Positions 20,549 through 31,968 of a DNA stretch of 64,000 nt are shown piece after piece (position 1 is the first letter of the stretch; every line of letters begins with the position of its first letter). The position numbers and the translations under genes are program-made. The DNA is taken from assembly GCA_965279525.1 (NCBI GenBank), contig CBDIIB010000005.1:448001-512000 (forward strand), given 5' to 3'. Source of the stretch: Tagaea sp. Its GTDB lineage: Bacteria; Pseudomonadota; Alphaproteobacteria; CACIAM-22H2. The notes beneath the pieces are model-generated. The model saw only the letters and a list, made by a program, of their open reading frames with translations, did no database searches and had not been told where the DNA came from.

Positions 20549-21095
20549 CTAGCCGAGAGCGAAGCCTGCAAGCAGATCGTCGGTCGCGACGGTTTCCACC
20601 GGCCGGGCCGCGATCAGATTCTTCCAGACCCAGTTGTGATGGCGTATGACGGATCGCGCGTCGAGGTGCGGGCGGTCGCTGGCAGTATGGCCATCCGCGA
20701 CCGCGACGACTTTATACCCGTTCGACACGGCCGACCGCACGGTCGAGTCGACGCAGAAATCCGTCGCCCAACCCGCAACGAGAACCCGCTCCGGCGAAAG
20801 CCCATCCAGGATGCGACTTCAGGTCGGTTCCGCAGAACGGATCGTTCAGGGTTTTCGCGACGACCATGTCGTCCGGGTGCCGGACGAGTTCCGGAAGAAA
20901 CCGCCAGCCGGGCGAACCCGGTTCGTATGCATCGCCGGACGGCCCGTGGTGCTGAACGAAGATCACGCGGCCCGACCGGGCGCGGACATGCGCCGCCACG
21001 CGGTTGATCCGGTCGACGACGCCGGGCAGGTCGTACTTCGTCCCCCCGTCGAGAAGCCCGACCTGCATGTCGACGACGATCAGGACATCGGTCAT
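20549..21095 (-). pseudogene. Isochorismatase/cysteine hydrolase family gene with a +1 frameshift
   Basis: Frame 1 gives MTDVLIVVDMQ...AKTLNDPFCGTDLKSH; frame 2 continues LDGLSPERVLVAGWATDFCVDSTVRSA...DGHT; length 547 = 3n+1, extra base near 20809-20814. Confidence 0.8.
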
Positions 21096-21129
21096 TCCCG
21101 AACCGCACATATGGCCAGAGGGAAAAAAA

Positions 21130-21219
21130 TGGCGGAGGGGATGAGATTCGAACTCACGATGGGGTTTCCCCCATACACGCTTTCCAAGCGAGCGCCTTAA
21201 ACCACTCGGCCACCCCTCC
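21130..21219 (-). tRNA. tRNA-Ser(GGA)
   Basis: GGAGGGG/CCCCTCC acceptor stem, encoded CCA, GGCCGAGTGG D-arm, TTGGAAA anticodon loop, long variable arm, GTTCGAATC T-loop. Confidence 0.96.
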
Positions 21220-21338
21220 GCCGGGGTTCGCGGGGCACCTCATACCGCCAATCGGGGCGCAATCCAAGCGGTTCGGCCACACTCGCCACGGACGGGCGAA
21301 GTGGCTAGAATGGCACGACAAAAGCCCGGAAAGGGACG

Positions 21339-21668
21339 TTGGAGCCCGTGATCGTTCTGCGCATCATCGCCTGGCTGTTGCTTGCCGGCGCCGTCTTCGC
21401 GGCCGGCCTGGACGGGCTCGCCTATCTCGAGACGGGCGAGTACGCCCCCATCCCGCTCGGCCAGGTCTGGGCCACGATCCATCGCGATTCGCTGCTGCTG
21501 GTCGAGCCGGGGATCGTGCGCCACATCCATCCCGCCCTCTGGGAGGACGTCGTCTTCCCGCTGCTGCAGGCGCCGGCATGGCTGGTGGGGACCGTGAGCG
21601 GCGGCATCCTGGGCATCCTCGCGCGCGAACGCACGCCGCGCCGCCGCCGCCGGCCGGAGTGGCGCTAG
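21339..21668 (+). CDS. Small hypothetical membrane protein
   Basis: Two hydrophobic segments with LGQVW..IH..SL and PALW motifs; basic tail; AAGGGA SD. Confidence 0.65.
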   Translation: MEPVIVLRIIAWLLLAGAVFAAGLDGLAYLETGEYAPIPLGQVWATIHRDSLLLVEPGIVRHIHPALWEDVVFPLLQAPAWLVGTVSGGILGILARERTPRRRRRPEWR

Positions 21669-21675
21669 GCCAAGC

Positions 21676-23478
21676 CTAGTCGTCGCGCGCCTTGAGGGCC
21701 GCGAGGAACGCCGACTGCGGGATCTCGACCTGCCCGAACTGGCGCATGCGCTTCTTGCCTTCCTTCTGCTTGTCGAGCAGCTTGCGCTTGCGGCTGATGT
21801 CGCCGCCATAGCACTTGGAAAGCACGTCCTTGCGCAGCGCCGAGATCGTCTCGCGCGCCACGATCTTGCCGCCGATCGCCGCCTGGATCGGGATGACGAA
21901 AAGCTGGCGCGGGATCAGTTCCTTGAGCTTGACGCATAGCGCGCGCCCGCGGCTTTCGGCCGCCGCGCGGTGCACGATGATGGCGAGCGCGTCGACCGGC
22001 TCGGCGTTGACGAGGATGGACAGGCGCACGAGATCGTCCTCGCGGTAGTCCGTCATCGTGTAGTCGAAGCTCGCGTAGCCGCGGCTCACCGACTTCAGCC
22101 GGTCGTAGAAATCGAACACAACTTCGTTGAGCGGCAGGTCATAGACGACCATCGCGCGGTTGCCGACATAGGTAAGGTTCTGCTGGATGCCGCGCCGGTC
22201 CTGGCAGAGCTTGAGGATCGAGCCGAGATACTCGTCAGGGACGAGGATCGTCGCCTTGATGCGCGGCTCCTCGATATGGTCGATGAACGTGGGATCGGGC
22301 ATGTCGGCGGGGTTGTGCATGTCCATGACCGTGCCGTCGTTCATGTGCACCTTGTAGACGACCGAGGGCGCGGTCGCGATGAGATCGAGGTCGAACTCGC
22401 GCGACAGGCGCTCCTGCACGATCTCGAGATGGAGCAGCCCCAGGAACCCGCAGCGGAACCCGAAACCGAGGGCGGCCGAGCTTTCCGGCTCGTAGACGAA
22501 GCTCGCGTCGTTGAGGCGCAGCTTGCCCAGGCTCTCGCGCAGATGCTCGAACTGGGCCGGATCGACCGGGAACAGGCCGCACCACACCACAGGCAGCGAC
22601 GGCTTAAAGCCCGGCAGGGCTTCCGCCGTGCGGCGCCTTTCCTCGGTGATCGTCTCGCCGATGGCGACGTCCGCCACCGCCTTGATGCCGGCGGTGATGA
22701 AGCCGATCTCGCCGGCCCCCAGCTCGCCCACTTCCTTGATCTTGGGCGTGAACACGCCCACGCGCTCGACGTCGTAGGTGGCGCCCGCGTTCATCGTGCG
22801 GATCTTCATGCCCTTGGCGATGCGCCCGTCCTTGACGCGGATCAGCAGCACGACGCCGAGATAGAGGTCGTACCACGCGTCGACGAGCAGCGCCTTCAGC
22901 GGCGCCGCGCCGTCGCCCTTGGGTGGCGGCAGGCGCTTGACCAGCGCTTCGAGCACCAGGTCGATATTGAGGCCGGTCTTGGCCGAGATTGGCACCGCAT
23001 CCGACGCGTCGAGACCGATCGTGTCCTCGATCTGCTTCTTGATGCGCTCGGGGTCGGCGGCCGGCAGGTCGATCTTGTTGAGGACCGGCACGATCTCGTG
23101 GCCCACGTCGAGCGCCTGGTAGACATTGGCGAGCGTCTGGGCTTCCACGCCCTGGCTTGCGTCCACGACCAGAATCGAGCCTTCGCACGCGGCAAGGCTG
23201 CGGCTGACCTCGTAGGCGAAGTCGACATGGCCGGGCGTGTCCATCAGGTTCAGGACATAGTCCTTGCCGTCCTTGGCCTTGTAGTCGAGGCGGACGGTCT
23301 GCGCCTTGATCGTGATGCCGCGCTCGCGCTCGATATCCATTGAGTCGAGCATCTGCTCCTGCATGTCGCGCGCCTCGACCGCCCCGCACGCCTGGATCAG
23401 CCGGTCGGCAAGCGTGGACTTGCCATGGTCGATATGGGCGACGATCGAGAAATTGCGGATCCGCGAGAGGTCGGTCAT
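21676..23478 (-). CDS. lepA: Elongation factor 4
   Basis: [42 protein letters not shown]. Confidence 0.98.
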   Translation of the reverse strand: MTDLSRIRNFSIVAHIDHGKSTLADRLIQACGAVEARDMQEQMLDSMDIERERGITIKAQTVRLDYKAKDGKDYVLNLMDTPGHVDFAYEVSRSLAACEGSILVVDASQGVEAQTLANVYQALDVGHEIVPVLNKIDLPAADPERIKKQIEDTIGLDASDAVPISAKTGLNIDLVLEALVKRLPPPKGDGAAPLKALLVDAWYDLYLGVVLLIRVKDGRIAKGMKIRTMNAGATYDVERVGVFTPKIKEVGELGAGEIGFITAGIKAVADVAIGETITEERRRTAEALPGFKPSLPVVWCGLFPVDPAQFEHLRESLGKLRLNDASFVYEPESSAALGFGFRCGFLGLLHLEIVQERLSREFDLDLIATAPSVVYKVHMNDGTVMDMHNPADMPDPTFIDHIEEPRIKATILVPDEYLGSILKLCQDRRGIQQNLTYVGNRAMVVYDLPLNEVVFDFYDRLKSVSRGYASFDYTMTDYREDDLVRLSILVNAEPVDALAIIVHRAAAESRGRALCVKLKELIPRQLFVIPIQAAIGGKIVARETISALRKDVLSKCYGGDISRKRKLLDKQKEGKKRMRQFGQVEIPQSAFLAALKARDD

Positions 23479-23537
23479 TGCGCTCTGGAGTCAAAAAAAG
23501 CGCGCCCGGAAAGGGCGCGGGATCGGACAGGAGCCGG

Positions 23538-23566
23538 AACATAGGCGGACGCACAGGGCGAAGCAA
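23538..23566 (-). promoter_or_regulatory. Putative sigma70 promoter of lepA
   Basis: TTGCTT-N17-TATGTT on the minus strand. Confidence 0.45.
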
Positions 23567-23866
23567 CCCCGCCGCCCGGCCGCACGCGGCTGGGCGGCAA
23601 GCTGCTGAAAAACATCGGGAAACGGGGTCCGCGCGCTAGGCCGCGCGGACCCCGGCGAGGAACGCGGCGACCTGCTAGCGCAGCGCCTCACCAGCGTCGC
23701 TCCGGCTCCGCGAACGGACTCCAAGGCGACGACGACCGGCCGAGATCTCGCTCCTTGCGTTCGGGCGCGGCATTCGGGGATGCCGGTGCCGTTTCCAAAT
23801 ACCGCTTGTCGCGATTCCGGCGATCCCGCGGCGAATTCATAAGGCGACGCTGATACACGCGGTGCA

Positions 23867-25615
23867 ATGATAGGACCGATGAAGGTGTGGCTTCCCCAAC
23901 GAAAAAGCCTGATCTTCCGAGGCATCGCGCCCGAGCATATCGTGCTCGCGTTTGCCTGCCTCGTGATCGCCGGAATCTGGTCCGTCGTTTTCTGGAAAGT
24001 CGCGGAAGATCGGCGCGAAGTCTATTCTGCGGCGCAGGCTGAACTGCTCGGCGCGCAGAACCTCATCGCGGCGCAGTTCGCCCGCTCGACCGACATTGCC
24101 GTTTCCGTCATGTCCGCCATCGACGGCTGGATGGCAGGCCAGCGGCGCCCGTTCAGCGGTGCGACCGACATGGCGGATCTCGGCGAATTCATCGAGCGAA
24201 ACATCCGGCATCAGTCGTTTCTGGTCCGGGTCCGTCTCTTCGACGCGGACGGCGAGCGGATCGCTCTGCCGACCAACCCGGAAGAAAGCTTCAACATTGC
24301 CGATCAGCCCTATATCAAGGAGCTCGAGGGAAAGGACGCCGATTTCATCGTCATCGGTCGGCAGGTCCGGTTCCGCGGTTACGACAATCCTGCCCTGAGA
24401 ATCCTGCTCGTCGCGAAGCGGGCGCACGAAAATGTCTTCGGCGTCCGCTACATCGTCGCCGGAATCCTTGCGTCTGAGCTGGACAAGCTGTTCGACCGCG
24501 TCTTCGTTTCGGCTCCCGGCAACATCGGCGCCTTCCGCGACGACGGGTATCTGATCTACCGATATCCAGACCCGGACAATTTTGTCGGCGTCAAACTCGA
24601 TCTCGACTATTTCATGGGGCCCGAAGCCGACCGGTCCGAGCTCGGCATCATTACAGGACGCAGCGACCCGACCGGGCGCGCCCTCCTCATTGCGTACAAG
24701 CGCGTCGACCAGTTGCCGATTTATGCCTATGCGAGCTTCCGGGGCGCGGATCTCGACACGCGGGCGCTCGCGCGCCGCCCCGTCTATTTCGGATTTGCGG
24801 CGGTCGCGACGCTCCTTTGCGTCGGCTTGGGCGTTTTCGTGATTGTATTCGCGCGCATCCGCGAGCGCGAGGCCACGCTCCTGCACCGCGCGCTCGTCGA
24901 TTCCCAGGCGGCGAACGTCGCCAAACGGGACTTTCTCGCGAATGTCAGCCACGAACTCCGCACGCCGCTGAACGCGATCATCGGCTTTTCCGAAATGATG
25001 GCGACCGGCGTCTTCGGCGCCCTCACGGCGAAGAACGCCGAGTACAACGCCGACGTTCTCAAGGCCGGGAACCACCTTCTTTCCGTCGTCGACCAGCTGC
25101 TCGACATCGCGTCCATCGAGGCCGGGCGATCCCAGCTCAATCCGGAGATATTCAGCCCGTCCGCGACGATCGGTGAGGTCGTCGAAATTCTCGCGCCGCG
25201 GATCACCGACCGCAAGGTCAGCTTCAAACTGCTTCCGCCCGCCTTGGCCTTCGCCGTCCAAAGTGACCAGCGGATCGTGCGGCAGATACTTCTCAACCTT
25301 GTCGACAACGCGATGAAGTATTCCGGGAGACCCGGGCTGGTGCGGATAGGCTGGTCGGTCCGGTCAGACGGATTCTGGGAATTCTTCGTCGCCGATAACG
25401 GACAGGGCATCCCCGAAAGCGACCTGCCGCTCATCTTCGAGCCGTTCTGGCGAAGCGCCGGCGCCTACACCGCGAAGGCCGAGGGGAAGGGTCTTGGCCT
25501 GATGCTGACCAAGCAGATGGTGAGCCAGCTGCGGGGCACGATCGACGTGGAAAGCGCCGTCGGTTCGGGGGCCCGGTTCACGGTCGTGCTTCCGACGAAG
25601 CTTGCGGCCGGCTAA
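23867..25615 (+). CDS. Sensor histidine kinase with a periplasmic Cache-like domain
   Basis: Two TMs; [19 protein letters not shown]; [10 protein letters not shown]; DNGQGI; GKGLGL. Confidence 0.9.
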   Translation: MIGPMKVWLPQRKSLIFRGIAPEHIVLAFACLVIAGIWSVVFWKVAEDRREVYSAAQAELLGAQNLIAAQFARSTDIAVSVMSAIDGWMAGQRRPFSGATDMADLGEFIERNIRHQSFLVRVRLFDADGERIALPTNPEESFNIADQPYIKELEGKDADFIVIGRQVRFRGYDNPALRILLVAKRAHENVFGVRYIVAGILASELDKLFDRVFVSAPGNIGAFRDDGYLIYRYPDPDNFVGVKLDLDYFMGPEADRSELGIITGRSDPTGRALLIAYKRVDQLPIYAYASFRGADLDTRALARRPVYFGFAAVATLLCVGLGVFVIVFARIREREATLLHRALVDSQAANVAKRDFLANVSHELRTPLNAIIGFSEMMATGVFGALTAKNAEYNADVLKAGNHLLSVVDQLLDIASIEAGRSQLNPEIFSPSATIGEVVEILAPRITDRKVSFKLLPPALAFAVQSDQRIVRQILLNLVDNAMKYSGRPGLVRIGWSVRSDGFWEFFVADNGQGIPESDLPLIFEPFWRSAGAYTAKAEGKGLGLMLTKQMVSQLRGTIDVESAVGSGARFTVVLPTKLAAG

Positions 25616-27411
25616 CGCCGCCCGAACAGCTTCTCGATGTCGGCGAGCTTGAGTTCCACGTAGGTCGGCCGGCCGTGGTTGCACTGGCCGCTGTGGGGGG
25701 TGGCTTCCATCTGGCGCAGCAGCGCGTCCATCTCGGGGCCGGTGAGGCGCCGGCCGGCGCGCACCGAGCCGTGGCACGCGATGGTGCCGCACACGTCGGC
25801 CAGACGCTCTTTCAGCGACAGAGCGGCCCCGTGCTCGGCCAGTTCGTCGGCAAGGTCGCGGATCAGGCCGCGCACGTCGAGTTCGCCCAGCAATGCCGGC
25901 GTCTCGCGCACGGCCACGGCACCGGGGCCGAAGGATTCGACCGTGAGGCCAAGCTCGGCAAGCTCGTCCGCCTTCGCGACGAGGCGTGCCGCGTCGGCCT
26001 CGTCGAGTTCGACGATCTCGGGGATCAGCAGCGTCTGGCGTTTGACCCCGCCATTGGCGAGCGCTTCCTTCATGCGTTCGTAGACGAGGCGCTCGTGCGC
26101 GGCGTGCTGGTCGACCAGCACGATGCCGTCCTTCGTCTGCGCGACGATATAGGTCTCGTGCAGCTGGGCGCGCGCGATGCCCAGCGGCAGGTCCGGGGTG
26201 GTCTCGCCGACCGGGGCCGGTGCGGGCGCCGACGCGCCGAACGCAGGTGCGGGTACGGCAACGGGCGCGTTGTACGCGATGCTGCGCTCGGCCATGCCGG
26301 CCGACAGCGGCTGCGATCCCGCGAACTGGTATTGCGGCGGCTGGACCTGCGGGCGGGCCAGTTCCAGCGCTTCGACCGCCACGCGCGTCGAGGCGCGGAA
26401 GCCTGCGCGATCGAGCGCTTCCTTGAGGCTCGCCACGATCAGGCCGCGGATGCGCGCAGGCTCGCGGAAACGCACCTCGGTCTTGGCCGGATGCACGTTG
26501 GCGTCGACCATGTGCGTGGGTAGGTCGAGGAACAGCGCCACCGCCGGATGCCGGTCGCGCGCGAGGAAATCGGCATAGGCACCGCGCACGGCACCGGCCA
26601 GCAGCTTGTCGCGCACGGGCCGGCCGTTGACGAACAGGTACTGGTGCTGCGCGGTCGCGCGGTTATAGGTCGGCAGACCGGCATGGCCGGAGAGACGCAC
26701 CTCCCCTTCCGGATCGGCGCGGCGCGCATCGAGTGCGACGGCATTGTCGAAGAAATCCTTGCCCACGACGGCGGCCACGCGCGTCAGCCGCGCGGTCGCC
26801 GCATCGCCCGTCGCGGCCGGCAGCTTCAGGATCGAGCGGCCGTCGGCGGTCAGCGAGAAGGCGATTTCGGGATGCGCCATGGCAAGGCGCGCGATCGCGT
26901 CCTCGCAGGCTTCGCGCTCGGCGCGCTCGCCTTTCAGGAACTTGAGGCGCGCGGGCGTGGCATAAAAAAGGTCGCGCACTTCCACGCGCGTGCCTGGCGG
27001 CGACGCGGCCGGGACGGGGGCGTGCTTGGCCCCGCCTTCGACGGAAATCGACCACGCCTCGGCGGCCGCACGCGGCCGGCTGACGAGGACAAGGCGCGCC
27101 ACCGCACCGATGGACGGCAATGCTTCGCCGCGGAACCCGAGCGTGCGGATCGCCAGCAGGTCGTCGTCGGGAAGCTTCGACGTGGCGTGCCGCTCGACCG
27201 CGAGGTCGAGCTCGGCGGGGCTCATGCCCTTGCCGTCGTCGGCGACCGCGATAAGCGCGCGGCCCGCCTCGCCCAGCGTCACGTCGACGCGCGTTGCACC
27301 GGCATCGATCGCGTTCTCGACCAGCTCCTTCACGGCCGCTGCCGGCCGCTCGATGACTTCGCCCGCCGCGATGCGGTTGACGAGCGTTTCGGGCAGCAGC
27401 CGGATCGTCAT
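25612..27411 (-). CDS. mutL: DNA mismatch repair endonuclease MutL
   Basis: [49 protein letters not shown]. Confidence 0.97.
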   Translation of the reverse strand: MTIRLLPETLVNRIAAGEVIERPAAAVKELVENAIDAGATRVDVTLGEAGRALIAVADDGKGMSPAELDLAVERHATSKLPDDDLLAIRTLGFRGEALPSIGAVARLVLVSRPRAAAEAWSISVEGGAKHAPVPAASPPGTRVEVRDLFYATPARLKFLKGERAEREACEDAIARLAMAHPEIAFSLTADGRSILKLPAATGDAATARLTRVAAVVGKDFFDNAVALDARRADPEGEVRLSGHAGLPTYNRATAQHQYLFVNGRPVRDKLLAGAVRGAYADFLARDRHPAVALFLDLPTHMVDANVHPAKTEVRFREPARIRGLIVASLKEALDRAGFRASTRVAVEALELARPQVQPPQYQFAGSQPLSAGMAERSIAYNAPVAVPAPAFGASAPAPAPVGETTPDLPLGIARAQLHETYIVAQTKDGIVLVDQHAAHERLVYERMKEALANGGVKRQTLLIPEIVELDEADAARLVAKADELAELGLTVESFGPGAVAVRETPALLGELDVRGLIRDLADELAEHGAALSLKERLADVCGTIACHGSVRAGRRLTGPEMDALLRQMEATPHSGQCNHGRPTYVELKLADIEKLFGRR

Positions 27412-28661
27412 CAATCCATGCCCTTGAGATACTTGCGCGCGAGGATCTTGCCGTCCTCGACCGCCGGCTGGTCGAACGGATCGACGCCGAAGAGCTCCGC
27501 CGTAATCACGGTCTCGAGCATGAAATGCATCAGGAGTGCGCCGAGCGCGTAAGCGTCGAGCTTCGGAAGCGTGATGAGCCGAACCGGACGGCCGCGCCGC
27601 GCCAGCGTCTCGGCCGTGGCCCGCCACGACACGTCGAGCACGTCGCCCATCGTGCGGCCTTCCAGCCAGTCGAGCGAAGGATCGCCGAGTGCCTCGGGCG
27701 TATAGCGCTGGCCGGCGCCGCGGGTTTCGCAGGCAAGGATCGTCACCAGCTTGTCGGCCGGCCCGTCGAGCCAGAGCTGGAGCTGGCTGTGCTGGTCGAC
27801 GGTGCCCAGCGCGCGGATCGGCGTGGTTCCCTCGCCGCCCTTGCCGAGGCTTTCCGCCCACAGCTGCGCAAACCACTGGCCGAAGGGCCCGAGCGCGTCG
27901 ACATAGGGGCACAGCACCGTCGTGCGATGACCTTTCGCGGCGAAGGCGGCGGCAAGTGCTGCCCCGTGGGCCGGCAGCGACGTCGCGGGATCGCCAAGGG
28001 CCGCATCGCGCGCGGCCTTGGCACCGGCGCGAAGGGCCTTGATGTCGATGCCGAGCAGGGCCGCCGGCAGCAGGCCGACGACCGACAGGACCGAATAACG
28101 CCCGCCCAGCGTCGTCGGATGCTCGATCTGCGGAATGCCCAGACGCCGGGCGAGGCGCGCCAGCGCATTGTCGGTCGGCTCGGTGATCGCGCGCGCGTGG
28201 CGCGCCGGATCGGCGAATTTCGGCAGGATCGCATGCGCCTGCGCCAGCGTTTCGGCCGTGCCGCCGGATTTCGAGACGATCAGCACGCCGGTATCGCTGA
28301 AATCGAGCGTGGCGAGCAGCTTGTCGAAGCCGAACGGATCGACGTTCTCGGCGACGATCAGCTTGATCGAGCCCTTGGGCCAATAGCCCGCCCCGCCATC
28401 GACGAGGGCGGCAAGCGTGCGCGCACCCAGGCTCGACCCGCCCGTCCCCAGCAGCACGATCGTGCCGAAGCCGCCCAGATCCTTCACCGCCTGCTCGATC
28501 GCCGCGTAGTCGTCGGTGCGGTCGGGCTGGTCGAGGAAGGCATAGGTGCCCTTGCCGACCGCCGCCTTCAGGCGCGCGAGCGCCGGCTTCGTGTGCGCGA
28601 GCGCGGCGTCGAGCGAAACGCCCGCGCAATGGCGCAGATCCTGGAGATAGGGCAGCGGCAT
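27411..28661 (-). CDS. pgi: Glucose-6-phosphate isomerase (short type)
   Basis: [51 protein letters not shown]; TGATG coupling to mutL. Confidence 0.9.
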   Translation of the reverse strand: MPLPYLQDLRHCAGVSLDAALAHTKPALARLKAAVGKGTYAFLDQPDRTDDYAAIEQAVKDLGGFGTIVLLGTGGSSLGARTLAALVDGGAGYWPKGSIKLIVAENVDPFGFDKLLATLDFSDTGVLIVSKSGGTAETLAQAHAILPKFADPARHARAITEPTDNALARLARRLGIPQIEHPTTLGGRYSVLSVVGLLPAALLGIDIKALRAGAKAARDAALGDPATSLPAHGAALAAAFAAKGHRTTVLCPYVDALGPFGQWFAQLWAESLGKGGEGTTPIRALGTVDQHSQLQLWLDGPADKLVTILACETRGAGQRYTPEALGDPSLDWLEGRTMGDVLDVSWRATAETLARRGRPVRLITLPKLDAYALGALLMHFMLETVITAELFGVDPFDQPAVEDGKILARKYLKGMD

Positions 28662-28696
28662 GGTCGAGTCGTCTCCTAGACGGATGATAGCCGGAT

Positions 28697-30016
28697 CTAC
28701 TCGCCCGCCGCGATCCCGGCGGGCTGGCCGACCGCGACGACGAGCATGCGCGACGGCACGAACAGCCGGGCCGCCGCGCGGCGCGCGTCGGCGATCGTCA
28801 CGGCCGCGATGCGCCGCTGGCGCTCTTCGAACCAGTCGGTGCCGCGCCCGTCGAGCCGCGCATTGACGAGCAGGCGCGCGATGCGGCTCACGCCCTCGAA
28901 CTGCAGCGGGAACGAGCCGAGCACGTAGTCCTTGGCACCCTGCAACTCCGCCTCGCTCGGTCCCTCGCGCCCCATGCGTTCCCACTCGGCGCGGACCAGA
29001 TCGAGCGCGCGGCCGGCCGTGCCGTTCTCGCTGGAGGTCGAGCCCTGCACGAGATTGGCGCGCTCGAAGATCGCAAGGCCGGTGCCGATGCCGTAGGTAA
29101 GGCCCTCGCGCTCGCGCACCGAGGCCATCAGGCGCGAATTGAAGCCGCCGCCGCCCAGCACGTAGTTGACGAGCGTGGCGGCGAACAAGTCGGGATCGTC
29201 GCGCGACACGCCTTCGCTGCCGAACAGCAGGAAGGTCTGCGTGCCCGGCCGCTGCAGTACGATCGTGCGCCCGGCCCCGCCGATGCCGGTCGCCGGGACC
29301 GTCGCGCGCGTGGATTTCGCGGGCAGGCCGCCGAAGGCGCGGTCGAGCAGCCGGCCAAGCTCGGCCGGATCGGTATCGCCGACGGCCGCGACGACGAGGT
29401 TGTCGCGCGCGTAGACGGCCGCCAGCTCGGCGCGGAAGTCGGCTTCGCCCAGCGAACGCACGCTGTCGGGCGTGCCGCGCGTGGGCCGCGAATAGGGATG
29501 CTCGCCGAAGGCCGCGCGCGCGAACGCGCGCCGGCCGGCCGTCTCGGGGCTGCCCTCGTCGCGCGACAGGCCGGACAGGATCGAAGCACGGATGCGCTCG
29601 ATCTGTGCGGCGTCGAAACGCGGGCGCTGGAGGGCGTCGGCAAGCAGCCCGATGCCCAGCTCCTTGTCGCGCGCCAGCACGCGCAGCGAGCCCTGTACCG
29701 TGTCCGCTCCGGCCGAGAAGCCCAGCGAGATCGACTTGTCTTCAAGCGCCGCGGCGAACGCCTGCTGGTCGCGCGCGCCCGCCCCCTGCACGAGGAGGTC
29801 GGCCGTCATCGCGGCACGCCCTTCCTTGCCCGCAGGGTCGAGCGAGGAGCCGCCGCGCCACGAAAACTCGATCGCCAGCAGCGGCAGCGAGGCGTCGCGG
29901 ATGAGCCAGGCCTCGATGCCGCCGGGGCTGGTCACGCGCTCGATGCGCTGGCCCTGCGCGTGCGCAGGCAACGCGAGCGTCACGAAAAACAGGGCGGCGA
30001 GGATGCGCAGATGCAT
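28697..30016 (-). CDS. M16 family peptidase, non-catalytic subunit
   Basis: Signal peptide; [19 protein letters not shown]; no HXXEH. Confidence 0.88.
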   Translation of the reverse strand: MHLRILAALFFVTLALPAHAQGQRIERVTSPGGIEAWLIRDASLPLLAIEFSWRGGSSLDPAGKEGRAAMTADLLVQGAGARDQQAFAAALEDKSISLGFSAGADTVQGSLRVLARDKELGIGLLADALQRPRFDAAQIERIRASILSGLSRDEGSPETAGRRAFARAAFGEHPYSRPTRGTPDSVRSLGEADFRAELAAVYARDNLVVAAVGDTDPAELGRLLDRAFGGLPAKSTRATVPATGIGGAGRTIVLQRPGTQTFLLFGSEGVSRDDPDLFAATLVNYVLGGGGFNSRLMASVREREGLTYGIGTGLAIFERANLVQGSTSSENGTAGRALDLVRAEWERMGREGPSEAELQGAKDYVLGSFPLQFEGVSRIARLLVNARLDGRGTDWFEERQRRIAAVTIADARRAAARLFVPSRMLVVAVGQPAGIAAGE

Positions 30017-30017
30017 T

Positions 30018-31373
30018 TCAGCTCCCCGGCTTGGGCAGCAGGATCGACGTGACGTGCGCTTCCGGGTCGAGCACGGCGCGCAGTGCGGCGTTCACCTGGG
30101 CGGCGGTCACGGCCGCCAGGCGCTGCGGCCAAGATTCGACATAGGCGACGTCGCGCCCCGTCGTGAAGGCGGTGCCGAAGGCACGCGCACCGGCCTGCAG
30201 CGAATCGCGCGCGAACACGGCTGCGTCGGCCATGCGCGTCTTGGCGCGCGCGACCTCCTCGTCGGTGAAGCCAGAGGAAAGCGTGTCGCGCAGCACCTTC
30301 TCGACCGCTTCTTCCAGTGCGGCCGGCTCGATGCCGGGGCGCGGGCTTGCGAAGACCCAGAAGCTCGAAAGATCGAGCGAGGCGGAGTCGTAGGAAGCGG
30401 CAGCGCCGGTGGCGAGCGACTGGTCGTGGACAAGGGCGCGCGCGAGCCGGCTCGACGGGCCGCCGCCGAGAAGTTCGGCCGCGACGTCGAGCGCGTCGGC
30501 GGAATCGGGGCCGAGCGTTCCCAGTGCACGCGACTGCGAAGGTGCGAGCCAGCCGCGCGACCACGAAGGCTGGCGCACGCGGGAATCCTTGAGCTCGACG
30601 CGCCTTGCCGCGATCGCGGGCGGCTCGTGCGCGCGCATGCGTTCGGGGACCGCCTTGCGCGGGATCGGGCCATAGAAACGTTCGGCGAGGACGCGCACCT
30701 CGGCGGCCGACACGTCGCCGGCGACGATCAGCATCGCGTTGTTTGGCGCATACCAGCGGCCGTACCAATCGAGCGCGTCCTGGCGCGTGAGGCCCTTCAT
30801 CTCGTGTTCCCAGCCGATGATCGGCCGGCCGTAGGGATGGTTCAGGAACAGCGTGGCCATCGTCTGCTCGCGCAGGCGCGAGCCGGGGCGCTGGTCGACG
30901 ACCTGCCGGCGTTCCTCGACGATCACGTCGCGCTCGGGCGTCACCTCGGCGTCCGACAGCGTCAGGTTCGCCATGCGGTCGGCCTCGATGCGCATCACCG
31001 TTTCAAGCCGGTCGCGCGCGACGTTCTGGAAATAGCCGGTGTAATCCCAGCTGGTGAACGCGTTGTCGCGTCCGCCGACGCGCGCGACGATGCGGCTGAA
31101 CTCGCCGGGCGGCACGCTGGGCGTGCCCTTGAACATCAGGTGCTCTAGGAAGTGCGCGATGCCGGACTTGCCCTGCACCTCGTCGGCGGCACCGGCCTTG
31201 TACCAGACCATCTGCGTGACGATGGGGGCGCGCCGGTTCTCGATAACGACGACCTGCAGGCCGTTGGCAAGCTCGAACGTGGCGGGCGAGAAGACCTGCG
31301 CGGAAGCACCCGGCCCCGCGACGCATGCGACGAGAAGGCCGAGAGCGATCGCCTGGCCGCGCAGCGGGCTCAG
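30018..31373 (-). CDS. M16 family zinc peptidase, catalytic subunit (probable CTG start)
   Basis: HFLEH zinc motif, NAFTSWD; the frame extends upstream of ATG 31211 through FELANGLQVVV and a signal peptide to CTG at 31373. Confidence 0.88.
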   Translation of the reverse strand: MSPLRGQAIALGLLVACVAGPGASAQVFSPATFELANGLQVVVIENRRAPIVTQMVWYKAGAADEVQGKSGIAHFLEHLMFKGTPSVPPGEFSRIVARVGGRDNAFTSWDYTGYFQNVARDRLETVMRIEADRMANLTLSDAEVTPERDVIVEERRQVVDQRPGSRLREQTMATLFLNHPYGRPIIGWEHEMKGLTRQDALDWYGRWYAPNNAMLIVAGDVSAAEVRVLAERFYGPIPRKAVPERMRAHEPPAIAARRVELKDSRVRQPSWSRGWLAPSQSRALGTLGPDSADALDVAAELLGGGPSSRLARALVHDQSLATGAAASYDSASLDLSSFWVFASPRPGIEPAALEEAVEKVLRDTLSSGFTDEEVARAKTRMADAAVFARDSLQAGARAFGTAFTTGRDVAYVESWPQRLAAVTAAQVNAALRAVLDPEAHVTSILLPKPGS

Positions 31374-31963
31374 AAAATGCCCTCGAGGATGCCGCGCGAG
31401 CGCTTCTTGATCGTCGGAATTTCGCCCTCGTTGGCAGGGCGGCCCGAAGCGGACGCTTCGCGCAGGCGCTGGGCCTCGCGGGCGGCGTCAAGCTGGCTGC
31501 CCGCATTGGGATCCGTCGCGCGCCAGAACAGCAGCCGGTCGACGAACGACTTGTCGGCCTCGGCGAGGCTCTGCGTCTCGCGGTCGATCTGGTCGCGTAT
31601 GCCCGGATCGATCCGGTCGGCACCGATGCGGCCGAGGAGCTGCTGCTCGCCGGCACTGACCGGAGCACCCGAGGCGCGCGCGGCAGCCACCTGCGCGCCC
31701 GGCCGGTCGGGGCCGAACACGGCGCTGCGCGCGGCGTCCTGGGCGGTCGTCTCGTTGGGGCGTGCGGCCCCCGGTGCCGGCGGACGCAGGCCGTAATCCG
31801 GTGGCACGGCCAGCGGAGCGCGGCTCACGATGCGGAACTCGTCGGGCGTGGATTTCTCCCAGCCGAGCAGCTTGCGCGTCTCGCCGCATCCGCCCAGCGC
31901 CAGCGACGCCGCCATCAGCAGCATCGTCGCGCGCAGCCCGGCCCTGGAAACTCGAATCATCAT
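31370..31963 (-). CDS. DUF3035-like lipoprotein
   Basis: Lipobox LGGC; PDEFRIVSRAPLAVPPDYGLRPP. Confidence 0.85.
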   Translation of the reverse strand: MMIRVSRAGLRATMLLMAASLALGGCGETRKLLGWEKSTPDEFRIVSRAPLAVPPDYGLRPPAPGAARPNETTAQDAARSAVFGPDRPGAQVAAARASGAPVSAGEQQLLGRIGADRIDPGIRDQIDRETQSLAEADKSFVDRLLFWRATDPNAGSQLDAAREAQRLREASASGRPANEGEIPTIKKRSRGILEGIF

Positions 31964-31968
31964 GCCCT

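Noticed and set aside
20790-20830. Programmed ribosomal frameshift in the cysteine hydrolase
   Set aside because: No slippery sequence or obvious stimulatory structure at the junction
10649-21130. Possible genomic island integrated at the tRNA-Ser 3' end
   Set aside because: No integrase, and I saw no duplicated tRNA 3' end (att repeat) in the window; the content is ordinary accessory signalling genes
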